A stretch of DNA of 64,000 bases from Bacteroidales bacterium UBA2712 (GTDB taxonomy: Bacteria; Bacteroidota; Bacteroidia; Bacteroidales; Paludibacteraceae), in the NCBI GenBank assembly GCA_002354055.1, contig DEKW01000006.1, positions 1,864-65,863 on the forward strand, in the 5' to 3' direction. The notes below the pieces were generated by a model. That model was not told the origin of the DNA. It searched no databases and was given only the letters and a program-made list of their open reading frames with translations. The stretch's first letter is position 1. Each line of letters starts with the position of its first letter. The translations under genes were made by a program, and so were the position numbers. Positions 9,112-18,241 of this stretch are shown one piece after another.

Positions 9112-10619
9112 TTTGTGATGATACCTCTTTTGGCGATAGTGATTTGTGCTCCGAAGGTGTTTCCCCACTGCGAACCGAAATCGCCGGCTAACCGAAGCCC
9201 GAACTCTAATCCCCAAGCCTGCGGCACCGCTTTGACTACTTCTAACAACACTGCTGTGTTCGTACTGAGTACTGCGCGCGAGGAGTTATCATTGCCGTAG
9301 TTGCGGGCGTATGAGGTCTTGATGCGGTATTTGTATCCGTATATGTTTCCGCGCACGCCCACGTGATGTACGCGCGCACGACTGTTGAGCGTATGGATCG
9401 TGCCGTCCTCGTTATACAGCGGAGAGGTGATGAACGGCGTACCCATGGAGCGGTAGAAATAGTTCCAGCCGTTCTGAAAAACGAAATTCTGGTAGTAGTT
9501 GTCATTACCGGCAAAACATAATCCGTCCCGGTCGTGCCAAGGACCGGATTGATCGGTGGTGTTGAGAAACTCATACGTCACTCCCTCGATGAACGGCCAA
9601 CGGCTCTGTTTCATACCGATACCCCATAATCCGTCAGCGATATTCTGTCCCAAACCGATGAAGGAGAAATTGTCCTCAAAGAAATTCTGCCAATAGATAT
9701 TCACTTCCCATCCTTTGCCTTTGCCGGTAAGCATGAGTTGCTGGCTGCCTACATGATTGCCCTGTGCGTTCTGCTGGTCGTTTCGCATATTGCCGCCGGA
9801 TTTGGCCATAAGTACGTTTATGAAGGCATCGAGACCGCTGCCGATATCGCCCCAAATGGGACTGATACCGCCCCACTGCGCTGCGTGATGAAACTCATAA
9901 CTGATATTTACCGGCAGCCGTCCTCCGAACCGTACGCCGGCGAACTTATGGTGGAGAAAACTCCGGCGCATATATACATTATCCGCCATCCATGCATGGG
10001 TCAAACCGCCTTTGATCTCGAAATAACCGAAGAGCCCCGGGAAGGGGCGGTATTGATCAATGCCGATAGTCACGTGCGGCAAGGGTTGACTGTTTCCCGA
10101 GAAGATCATTGAACCCATCGTCAGTGCTGTGTCCTGCGTCTCGTAAATCATCGGTCGAATACCCGCGGTGATATCAAAGAGATAGAGTCTCACATGGGCG
10201 TATGCAAGATTGAAATAACCGGTGCCGTAGTTTTGCATCGGCTTGAACGGTGCACCCGGAATAGGCGATTGTACCCTTCCGGTCATTTGGACCGCAAAAT
10301 CAAAATCCCACCACCGCTCGGAGTGTACTGCTTCCTTATAGATTCCTGCGGTCAGGTTACCGCTGAAAGGCGACGCACTCACATCTCCGTGGGTACCGCT
10401 TTGCAGCCAGAACGGTGCATACTTTCCGCTGGAGGCTACGGCACTCACGCCGGCGCTCCAACGCAAGGTGTCCGCACCATGAGACACACTATCCCGGATG
10501 CCTGTAGGCCACCACCGCCAACTCAACTCCCGCGCCTGTAATGATACAGAGAAGAGCAGTACTATGAGTATAATCTTATTCTTCAAACCGATACAACTGA
10601 TTGTCTGTTTTCCATTCAT
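9105..10619 (-). CDS. Outer-membrane protein, possibly capsule-assembly Wzi-like
   Basis: Signal peptide (…KNKIILIVLLFSVSLQA) followed by beta-barrel-like composition. The Wzi assignment comes from recollection of Bacteroidales Wzi-family sequences and is not verified. Start is uncertain: ATG at 10619 or TTG at 10586. Confidence 0.45.
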   Translation of the reverse strand: MNGKQTISCIGLKNKIILIVLLFSVSLQARELSWRWWPTGIRDSVSHGADTLRWSAGVSAVASSGKYAPFWLQSGTHGDVSASPFSGNLTAGIYKEAVHSERWWDFDFAVQMTGRVQSPIPGAPFKPMQNYGTGYFNLAYAHVRLYLFDITAGIRPMIYETQDTALTMGSMIFSGNSQPLPHVTIGIDQYRPFPGLFGYFEIKGGLTHAWMADNVYMRRSFLHHKFAGVRFGGRLPVNISYEFHHAAQWGGISPIWGDIGSGLDAFINVLMAKSGGNMRNDQQNAQGNHVGSQQLMLTGKGKGWEVNIYWQNFFEDNFSFIGLGQNIADGLWGIGMKQSRWPFIEGVTYEFLNTTDQSGPWHDRDGLCFAGNDNYYQNFVFQNGWNYFYRSMGTPFITSPLYNEDGTIHTLNSRARVHHVGVRGNIYGYKYRIKTSYARNYGNDNSSRAVLSTNTAVLLEVVKAVPQAWGLEFGLRLAGDFGSQWGNTFGAQITIAKRGIITKW

Positions 10620-11550
10620 CCCCTGTCTCGCCAAGCCCTATATAAACCCGCTTGCCGATAGCGAAAGAGATATGATTGATTCTTCCTTCGGGCAGGTTTC
10701 CGATATATGTCCATCGGTCCGTCAGGGGATCGTAACGCCGGATATCCCGCAGGTTCTCCCCGGTTGTGTTCACGCCGCCGTAATGGGTGCCGCCGGAGAG
10801 ATAGATATACCGGTCTGTAGCGGTACTCGCCGCTAATGTGCGTTTGGGTCCGGGAACGTCGCTTCGTGGTTCCCATCGCTTGCCATCCACTAACTCGCCC
10901 CACCAGTTGAGGCTGAATCGGTAGTAGCCTGTTCCCATGAAATGCCGTCCCTGGCAGGTACACCCTGTGCCGCCGAACGAACGGGTAGGGAAATCAAACA
11001 TCCCGGCACCCACATCGATGCTGTCCCATCGGTCGGCAGCGATATCATAGCGGAACATGTCTCGCCGGTAGTTCCAGCAAAAACCATAGCCCACGTATAA
11101 CTCCCCTTCTCCGACAAACGCCGTTGCGCAGTCGGTATAATGGTTCGGGTAATTCGCTAACTGCTTCCATTGATTGCTCTCGGGAGTGTACTCCCAGAAA
11201 TCTCTGAGGTACGAGCTGTCACGTCCGTGCAGACCGCTGAAACCCAGACCGAGATAGACCTTGTCGTCCGCTACGCAGGCTGCAGGATTGACGCGTGCCT
11301 TCAGAGGCGTGGTGCCGAGGCAGGTCCATTGATCTGCCTCCGGGTTATACCGCCAGAGGTCGTTCTGAGCAACACCTGCGCTATCTCTGCCTGCGAAGAC
11401 ATATGCCTCGCCATGGATGACAAAACATGCCGCACTCGCACGGGCCGACGGCATCGGCGCGCAGGGGAGTAACGCCACCTCTATCTCCGGTTTCTCAGCG
11501 CTGCAGGCTATGAGAAACAGGCATAGTACTATGTACAGAAACTTACGCAT
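10576..11550 (-). CDS. Kelch-repeat lipoprotein (beta-propeller)
   Basis: Lipoprotein signal MRKFLYIVLCLFLIAC. Repeated Kelch-like units are present (GEAYVFAGRD...LWRYNPEADQW, DDKVYLGLGF..., GELYVGYGF..., RYIYLSGG...). Confidence 0.75.
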   Translation of the reverse strand: MRKFLYIVLCLFLIACSAEKPEIEVALLPCAPMPSARASAACFVIHGEAYVFAGRDSAGVAQNDLWRYNPEADQWTCLGTTPLKARVNPAACVADDKVYLGLGFSGLHGRDSSYLRDFWEYTPESNQWKQLANYPNHYTDCATAFVGEGELYVGYGFCWNYRRDMFRYDIAADRWDSIDVGAGMFDFPTRSFGGTGCTCQGRHFMGTGYYRFSLNWWGELVDGKRWEPRSDVPGPKRTLAASTATDRYIYLSGGTHYGGVNTTGENLRDIRRYDPLTDRWTYIGNLPEGRINHISFAIGKRVYIGLGETGDEWKTDNQLYRFEE

Positions 11551-11552
11551 AC

Positions 11553-13493
11553 TTATTTTTTCTCCTCGCTTACGGTCAACTCATCATGGATCATACGATG
11601 AATATATTGCTGGATATAAGCTTTCAGGTAGTCCTCTATGGGCGCTATCCGCTCCGGGGAGATAGTCTTTGCCAGATTGTTCTTGATATATCGGTCATTA
11701 CGATAGTCATAAACTCCGGTTATGTTCTCACCGTCAAACTGCAGCAGCAAGCTGTCCGAGAAGATCTGATAGACCGGCGCATTGTAGCATACGGCGTAGG
11801 GGTGTTTCTTCTTTTTGGTCAGCGCATTCTCGCCAAAGGCAAAATACGGTTCGTCGTAACCCAACCATCCCATGACGGACGGCATGATATCCGTTTGACT
11901 AATAACATCTTCTCGAAGCTCCGGCATTAACTGCGGGTGATAGAACGCAATAGGAATCTCGTATAAACCGCGGGAATTGGTATATTCCGGCAGACTCAGT
12001 TCATTCGTATGGTCAGCCATGATCACAAAGAGCGTATGCTCGAACCAAGGCTGCTTGCTCACGTTCTCAAAGAACCGCCGCAGGGCATGATCGGCATAGC
12101 CCAACGGTTCGTGGATAGGCAGATTACCTTTCGGGAAAGAATCTTTATACTGCGAAGGCACCTTAAACGGATGATGGCTCGAAGCGGTGAAGACCGCCGT
12201 CATGAACGGTTCTTGCATCGTGCTCATCGTATTGGCATAATATTGCAGGAACGGTTCGTCCCAGATAGCCCAAGTGCCGTCATACTGCGACTCGTCATTA
12301 AACTCCGTCATGCCGTAGTACGCACCGAATCCCGCCGAACGGGCGTATGCCTGAAATCCCATGCTTCCGTTGGGGGCACCATGGAAGAATGCCGTGGTGT
12401 AGCCTTTCTTGCCTAACCGCTCTGCAATGGAAGACACCTCGTTGGTCGAATAGGGGCTTACGATGTACGGCTCAATGAGCATCGGGATAGATGACAGCAC
12501 CGAGGGCATGGCATCTACGCTTTTACGCCCCGAAGCATAGGAGTAGCGGAATGTCACGCTCTGTGCCAGCAGGCTGTCCAAGAACGGCGTGTACCCCGCG
12601 TAACCCGGTATATCTTTGTTGAAGAATCCTATGTACTCTTTGCTGCACGACTCCCAGATGATCACTACCACGTTGTCCGGCCGCATCTTATCGCTCTCCG
12701 CCGGATGGATCGGACTCATGTGTCTCTCTACTTCGTCGGCAGGGAAATAGTTCTTCTCCACGTACGGGGCGCTCTCAATCGTCTTCATGAGCGAGAAAGG
12801 CGTATTCAGCACCAACGCACTCTCCCGCGGCGCATTGGTATATTGCAAGGCATTGCTGAGTGTGATCGGGCGGGTGTATGCGCCAAAACCGCCACGGATA
12901 CCGATGATAGAGAAATAGACGGCGGTAACGAAAACCAATGCCTCTACAGGATAATAGACATACGGTTTCACACGCGGCAGCGCAAACGTCCTGCGGGTGC
13001 AATAGAAGAAGGTCAATAGCACGGCGATACCCATCAGGACGACATACCAGTATTCGACGATGCCGTTAGCAAGGATGATACCGATGTTATCTTCATTCGA
13101 CAACTCCGTGAAGGACGCACAGGTAGCGCGGCGATCCGTAAAACGGATATAGACACTGTCCGCGGCATCCACAATCATGCCGATGGCATTTGGCACCCAG
13201 TACAACCAGAGTAAGACCTTCTGATAGACCGTATTCTCACGCCATGCAGCGGGGAAGGGCAGAAGCGAACCGATGATGTACAGCGAACTGAGATACAGGA
13301 TAGCCGTCAGGTCAAACCGTGTACCACCTAATAGGATCTCTACCAGATGCTGCGTGTCCATGTTGGGGAAAATACTCCGATCCATGTAGTAGCAAGAAAG
13401 GCGCAGGATGGAGTACAACACCATCACCAACGCGATATTACACGCTACGACGATCAAGGGGTGTTCCCAAAATGCTTGTAGTCGGTTCTTCAT
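11553..13493 (-). CDS. LTA-synthase / sulfatase-family membrane protein (second paralogue)
   Basis: N-terminal TM bundle followed by a sulfatase domain (VVIIWESCSKE, SSHHPF, IMADH). Same architecture as 4070..5878. Confidence 0.8.
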   Translation of the reverse strand: MKNRLQAFWEHPLIVVACNIALVMVLYSILRLSCYYMDRSIFPNMDTQHLVEILLGGTRFDLTAILYLSSLYIIGSLLPFPAAWRENTVYQKVLLWLYWVPNAIGMIVDAADSVYIRFTDRRATCASFTELSNEDNIGIILANGIVEYWYVVLMGIAVLLTFFYCTRRTFALPRVKPYVYYPVEALVFVTAVYFSIIGIRGGFGAYTRPITLSNALQYTNAPRESALVLNTPFSLMKTIESAPYVEKNYFPADEVERHMSPIHPAESDKMRPDNVVVIIWESCSKEYIGFFNKDIPGYAGYTPFLDSLLAQSVTFRYSYASGRKSVDAMPSVLSSIPMLIEPYIVSPYSTNEVSSIAERLGKKGYTTAFFHGAPNGSMGFQAYARSAGFGAYYGMTEFNDESQYDGTWAIWDEPFLQYYANTMSTMQEPFMTAVFTASSHHPFKVPSQYKDSFPKGNLPIHEPLGYADHALRRFFENVSKQPWFEHTLFVIMADHTNELSLPEYTNSRGLYEIPIAFYHPQLMPELREDVISQTDIMPSVMGWLGYDEPYFAFGENALTKKKKHPYAVCYNAPVYQIFSDSLLLQFDGENITGVYDYRNDRYIKNNLAKTISPERIAPIEDYLKAYIQQYIHRMIHDELTVSEEKK

Positions 13494-13500
13494 GATGCGG

Positions 13501-14247
13501 TTATTCCTCTACTCTCGTTTTGCGTTTTAACTCAAAGTCACGGCCCAGGTAGTTCTGTCTCACTACCGGATTGGCCGCTAACTCCTCCGGTGTACCGTGG
13601 AAGAGGATCTTTCCTTCAAACAGCAGGTACGCCCGGTCGGTGATCATCAGTGTCTCATCGACGTTATGGTCGGTGATGAGGATGCCGATGTTCTTGTCTT
13701 TGAGCCGCCAAACGACGTCCTGGATCTCCTGCACAGCGATCGGATCAACACCTGCGAAAGGTTCATCCAACATGACGAATTTCGGCTCGATTGCCAGACA
13801 CCGCGCGATCTCCGTACGCCGTCTCTCGCCACCGCTCAAGCGGTCACCGAGGTTCTTGCGTACGTGCGCTAGGTTAAACTCCTTGATCAGGCTCTCTAAC
13901 TTCTCTTCCTGATAGTCCTTGCTGAAATCCGTCAACTCCAGCACCGAGCGGATATTATCCTCTACGGTCATCTTGCGGAAGACACTCGCCTCCTGCGGTA
14001 GGTAGCCGATACCCATCTTCGCCCGTTTGTACATCGGGTACGAAGTGATATCCTGATCGTTGAGGAATATCTTACCGTTATTGGCGGCCACCAGACCGGT
14101 CGTCATGTAGAAAGTCGTGGTCTTGCCGGCTCCGTTTGGACCCAGCAGACCCACTATCTCCCCTTGCTCCAGCTGGATAGAGACGTCATCGACCACGGTT
14201 CTCTTGCCGTATTTCTTAACCAGATGTTCTGTACGTAATTTATCCAT
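13501..14247 (-). CDS. lptB: LPS export ABC transporter ATP-binding protein LptB
   Basis: Near-collinear match to the LptB hallmark sequence ([20 protein letters not shown]...[14 protein letters not shown]...LSGGERRR). Confidence 0.9.
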   Translation of the reverse strand: MDKLRTEHLVKKYGKRTVVDDVSIQLEQGEIVGLLGPNGAGKTTTFYMTTGLVAANNGKIFLNDQDITSYPMYKRAKMGIGYLPQEASVFRKMTVEDNIRSVLELTDFSKDYQEEKLESLIKEFNLAHVRKNLGDRLSGGERRRTEIARCLAIEPKFVMLDEPFAGVDPIAVQEIQDVVWRLKDKNIGILITDHNVDETLMITDRAYLLFEGKILFHGTPEELAANPVVRQNYLGRDFELKRKTRVEE

Positions 14248-14336
14248 AAACTATGCATGTCCTTACTATGTCGTATGTATATCGTATCCTGCACCACCCT
14301 ATAATATACTATGTATATTATCCCGTGAAGTTTAAT

Positions 14337-15098
14337 TTATGCGATTTCTACCATCACCGGGCAGTGGTCGCTATGCACAGCGTCGGTCAGGATCTTTCCG
14401 TCTTTCAGTCTCCCGCGCAGACTCTCGCTGACCCATAGATAGTCGATACGCCATCCTACGTTTCTTGCTCTTGCACCTGCTCGCCACGACCACCAGCTAT
14501 ACCGCTCGGCACTCTGGTCAAAGACGCGGAAGGAGTCCACCAGACCGCTGGCTTCCCATCTGTCCATCCACTCGCGCTCTTCGGGTAAGAAACCCGACAC
14601 GCCGATCTGCCGCTCGGGGTGATTGATATCAATCGGCTTATGGCAGATATTATAATCGCCGCAGATGACGATGTTCGGTCGCTCTTTACGCAACTCATTG
14701 ACCCAGACGAGGAAATCCTCGAGAAACTCCATCTTAAACTCCTGACGGATATCTCCTGTTGTGCCGCTGGGGATATAGGCATCGACGATGGTCAAATCGC
14801 CGAAATCCACACGCAGTACGCGTCCCTCTCGGTCGTATTTTGGGTTGCTCATACCGACCACCACTTTGTCCGGCTCTTGCTTCGTGAAGATACACACGCC
14901 CGAGTAGCCTTTCTTTTCCGCGGAGTGGATATAACTATGATACCCCAACTCTTGAAACGCCATCACGTCAATCTGTTCCGGCTGCGCTTTGCTTTCCTGG
15001 ATGCAGAAGACATCAGGACTCTCACTCTGTAACCACTCCAGCAACCCTTTGCCGATTGCCGAACGGATACCGTTTAAATTATAACTGATGATTTTCAT
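14337..15098 (-). CDS. xth: Exodeoxyribonuclease III
   Basis: [14 protein letters not shown]...QESK...GDYNICH...SDHCPV are typical ExoIII/EEP motifs. 253 aa. Confidence 0.9.
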   Translation of the reverse strand: MKIISYNLNGIRSAIGKGLLEWLQSESPDVFCIQESKAQPEQIDVMAFQELGYHSYIHSAEKKGYSGVCIFTKQEPDKVVVGMSNPKYDREGRVLRVDFGDLTIVDAYIPSGTTGDIRQEFKMEFLEDFLVWVNELRKERPNIVICGDYNICHKPIDINHPERQIGVSGFLPEEREWMDRWEASGLVDSFRVFDQSAERYSWWSWRAGARARNVGWRIDYLWVSESLRGRLKDGKILTDAVHSDHCPVMVEIA

Positions 15099-16549
15099 AA
15101 CACTCTGCCTAAAATATCATATTCTTTCTCTCCGCGCAGAATCACCACGCGGCCGTCGCGCAGTATTTTCCGTGGTTTGGAAAGGGCCCCCGTTTCCTGC
15201 GTATCCAGTTCGGTCGGTGTACCGCCGCCGTTCACTTTGAAGGTGATGAGGCCGTTTGCCTCGGCAATGTCTGTCACCTGATACTCAGTTACCCGAGTAA
15301 ACGAGGTACTGCCGGTAGGATACGCGTCACCGGACTTGCCGTACCAACTGGCGTTAGGATAGGCAGGGGCTGATCCGTCTGCCTCAAGGAGGTCGATACA
15401 TATAGCGCTAGCGCTATAATTAACTCTATTGTATTTCCATTTTTGGGAATCGTACGTCACTTTGGTGACAAGCATACCATGCCCGGGGAGGTATGCATCC
15501 CAACCTGCCTTCTGACGGTTCTCCAAGAGATAGAACACATTAGGATTCGGTGAGAGAATATCGGCTATCGCACTACCGTTAGCCGTTATATAAGCAGCGC
15601 TCTGTGTGGTGTTGATATCGCCTAATTGTACATCGTATGCTTGGTTTAGCAGCATCGGTTCGAGCCATCCCATAAACCACCGCTCATAGGCGGAATAAGC
15701 AGCAGGAGTCTTACCGTCGTTGCCGTAGCAATAATCCATAATATCCCAGTATCCGGAGGTCTTATGAGTGGCATTATCGTTGGTGGAATATACATCCGGC
15801 AAGCCCATGCCGTGACCGAACTCATGGCAAGCCAAACCTACACCGGCTATGACAGCAGTGGATGCATCACTGAGGAAACCGTCTAATTCGCTGCTTACTT
15901 CGTAATCGTTAATTGTCAGACCGTCAAAGACTGTCGGTTGTCCATGACTGCCGGCTTCGGCAATGGTCCAGTAATGCGGCCAAATCAAAGCATTCGGATT
16001 GTCGACCCACGTCGGACTATCGCTTGCAGGAGGACCGGCAAAGAGGCAATACATCAGATCGACTTTGTCGTCTCCATCCAGATTATACAGCGTGAAATCC
16101 AACGAGTCGTCCATCAGCGCGCAAGCTTCAAGAACTAATTTGGATGCGCAATCACTATATTGAGTGGAAGTCCCACTCACCGTCACCGGTCCGTAGATAT
16201 CGAACTGCGGATTATATTCTCCGTAGGACTGATCATAGAAATACTGCCTTACCGAGCCCGTAGCACCATCTTTGATGTAGTTGACGGCGTTGAACATCGA
16301 GTCCACATCGGCGCGGTCGATGCGATAACTCATGTCGGGATAATTCACCAAGATAACCGGCACGCGCAGAAAGGTCTTTCGTACGCCTACAGCCTGTTCG
16401 CGCATCGGGGCTTGCATGCCGGAAGCCTTTTGCATCAACCGCACTTGGCGGTTATAACCCACAGTATCTTCCCCACTGCGCGGAGGCACGATAGCCCACG
16501 CGGAGATGCTTAGACTGAATACTATCAAAAGGAAAAATGCTTTTCTCAT
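15095..16549 (-). CDS. Secreted zinc metalloprotease, M6 (immune inhibitor A)-like, with the short shared C-terminal motif
   Basis: Signal peptide, [11 protein letters not shown] zincin motif resembling InhA/M6, and C-terminus [25 protein letters not shown]. Confidence 0.7.
   Translation of the reverse strand: MRKAFFLLIVFSLSISAWAIVPPRSGEDTVGYNRQVRLMQKASGMQAPMREQAVGVRKTFLRVPVILVNYPDMSYRIDRADVDSMFNAVNYIKDGATGSVRQYFYDQSYGEYNPQFDIYGPVTVSGTSTQYSDCASKLVLEACALMDDSLDFTLYNLDGDDKVDLMYCLFAGPPASDSPTWVDNPNALIWPHYWTIAEAGSHGQPTVFDGLTINDYEVSSELDGFLSDASTAVIAGVGLACHEFGHGMGLPDVYSTNDNATHKTSGYWDIMDYCYGNDGKTPAAYSAYERWFMGWLEPMLLNQAYDVQLGDINTTQSAAYITANGSAIADILSPNPNVFYLLENRQKAGWDAYLPGHGMLVTKVTYDSQKWKYNRVNYSASAICIDLLEADGSAPAYPNASWYGKSGDAYPTGSTSFTRVTEYQVTDIAEANGLITFKVNGGGTPTELDTQETGALSKPRKILRDGRVVILRGEKEYDILGRVL
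15098..15172 (-). other. Coding segment for the shared C-terminal motif ([25 protein letters not shown])
   Basis: Direct alignment by eye with four other C-termini in this window. Confidence 0.85.
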
Positions 16550-16560
16550 TTTGTACTGTA

Positions 16561-17319
16561 TTAACTGTTGGCTTGTTTCACTTTCTTGAATAACTCGCTG
16601 GCAAAAACAAAATCATTGAGCGCTTCGTTGTCGCTCGTCATAATCTCATGGCGTGAGCCTTGCCACTCTTTCTTACCGCCTTTGAGGAAGAGGATGTTAT
16701 CCCCGATCTCCATGATGGAGTTCATGTCGTGGCTGTTGACGATGGTGCAGATGTTGTACTCCTTCGTGATATCCTGTATCAGCGCATCAATCACCAGACT
16801 CGTTCGTGGATCCAGACCGGAGTTGGGCTCGTCGCAGAAGAGGTACTTAGGCTCCAAGACAATCGCCCGAGCAATTGCTACACGTTTCTGCTGACCGCCG
16901 CTGATCTCGCTTGGCATGAGGTTCCATACCCGCTCCGGCATCTCTACTCTGCGGAGGCAGAACTCCGCACGCTCCCGCATCTCCTCGCGGCTCTTTTGAG
17001 AGAACATCTCCATCGGAAAGAGCACATTCTCCATTACCGTCATGGAGTCGAATAAGGCACTGCCTTGAAACAACATTCCCACCTCGCGATGCAATAAACG
17101 GATATCCTTGCTCTTCATTTGCGCTAAGTCGCGACCATCGTATAAGATATGTCCGCTATCGACGTCGTGCAGACCGATCAGACTCTTCATTAGCACCGTC
17201 TTGCCGCTACCGGACTGACCGATGATCATGTTCACCTCGCCATCCCGCATCTCCGTACTCACGTGGTTTAGTACCACGTTTCCGTCGAAACTCTTCACTA
17301 CATCTTTGACTTCAATCAT
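16561..17319 (-). CDS. mlaF: MlaF-like ABC transporter ATP-binding protein
   Basis: Walker A GQSGSGKT, signature ISGGQQKRVAIARA, about 250 aa. ATGA-coupled to an MlaE-type permease. Confidence 0.8.
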   Translation of the reverse strand: MIEVKDVVKSFDGNVVLNHVSTEMRDGEVNMIIGQSGSGKTVLMKSLIGLHDVDSGHILYDGRDLAQMKSKDIRLLHREVGMLFQGSALFDSMTVMENVLFPMEMFSQKSREEMRERAEFCLRRVEMPERVWNLMPSEISGGQQKRVAIARAIVLEPKYLFCDEPNSGLDPRTSLVIDALIQDITKEYNICTIVNSHDMNSIMEIGDNILFLKGGKKEWQGSRHEIMTSDNEALNDFVFASELFKKVKQANS

Positions 17320-18053
17320 AGCAGTAACTTACTTAAAACCAGGTCGAGGAACAAAATCATAATATTGCTGTTGACCACCGCGTTCGTACTTGCGCGTCCC
17401 ACGTCCAGCGCGCCCCCGCGCGCAAAATAGCCATAGTAACTCGCCATACTCGTGATCACGAACGCAAACACTACACTCTTAATAATGCCGTACCATACAT
17501 AGTAAGGGTTGAAGGCGTATTGTACGCCTATGAGATAGTCATGCACTGTGATAATATCCGTGAACGCACCTACCGCCCATCCGCCTACCAATCCTACGGC
17601 GGTGGAGATGATGACCAGCATCGGCATCATCGTAACAAACGCTAAAATCTTCGGTAAAATCAGGTAATTGGCGCTGTTCACGCCCATAATCTCCATCGCG
17701 TCGATTTGCTCGGTAATACGCATCGTACCAATCTCCGAGGCAATATTCGAACCTACTTTACCCGCCAGAATGAGACACAGAATCGTACTAGAGAACTCTA
17801 ACAACAAGGTCTCTCTTGTCAGCAGACCGACCGTGTAGGTCGGCAACAAGGGATTTTCCGTATTTGTCTTCGCCTGAATAGTCAGGATAGCGCCGATAAA
17901 GACCGAGATAATCAATACGATTGGCAGACTTTGCAGACCCTGTTTCTCCAACTCCCTGCTATACTGCCGCCAAAACATCCGCTGCCGGTCCGGCAGACGC
18001 AATACTTTACCCATTAGGAGGGTGTATTCGCCTATGTGTTGAAATAAACGCAT
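17316..18053 (-). CDS. mlaE: MlaE-family ABC transporter permease
   Basis: Polytopic permease with the MlaE-like motif EIGTMRITEQIDAMEIMG. I chose the ATG at 18053 because the TAnnTTTG promoter box at 18076-18083 lies inside the longer GTG-initiated ORF. Confidence 0.8.
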   Translation of the reverse strand: MRLFQHIGEYTLLMGKVLRLPDRQRMFWRQYSRELEKQGLQSLPIVLIISVFIGAILTIQAKTNTENPLLPTYTVGLLTRETLLLEFSSTILCLILAGKVGSNIASEIGTMRITEQIDAMEIMGVNSANYLILPKILAFVTMMPMLVIISTAVGLVGGWAVGAFTDIITVHDYLIGVQYAFNPYYVWYGIIKSVVFAFVITSMASYYGYFARGGALDVGRASTNAVVNSNIMILFLDLVLSKLLL

Positions 18054-18075
18054 CGCTAAGTAATTAAAAAGCGTG

Positions 18076-18107
18076 CAAAGATACAACTTTTTTTGCACTT
18101 ACGCAAA
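18076..18107 (-). promoter_or_regulatory. Bacteroidota-type promoter (TTTG -33, TATCTTTG -7) for mlaE and the long downstream minus-strand gene array
   Basis: The reverse complement reads TTTG, about 20 nt, then TATCTTTG. It lies 23 nt upstream of the ATG at 18053. Confidence 0.7.
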
Positions 18108-18142
18108 TAAAAATTCTTTTTTTCGGTAAAAATAAAAAAAAA

Positions 18143-18174
18143 TTTGCGTATCTCAAAAAAAAGCAGTACCTTTG
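18143..18174 (+). promoter_or_regulatory. Bacteroidota-type promoter of pnp (TTTG, 20 nt spacer, TACCTTTG)
   Basis: TTTGCGTATCTCAAAAAAAAGCAGTACCTTTG, read directly. It shares the AAAAAAAAGCAGTANNTTTG module with other promoters in the window. Confidence 0.75.
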
Positions 18175-18241
18175 TCCGACTTTTTATGGGTCTTATCAAA
18201 TTAACCGGTCGCAAACGGCGGCCAAAAATGACGAATAAAGA

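Noticed and set aside
14248-14336. Possible degenerate heptamer array (…ACTATGT CGTATGT ATATCGT…) or promoter in the xth-lptB gap
   Set aside because: The periodicity is too degenerate to call confidently, and there is no CAAAnnTA (minus-strand TAnnTTTG) box.
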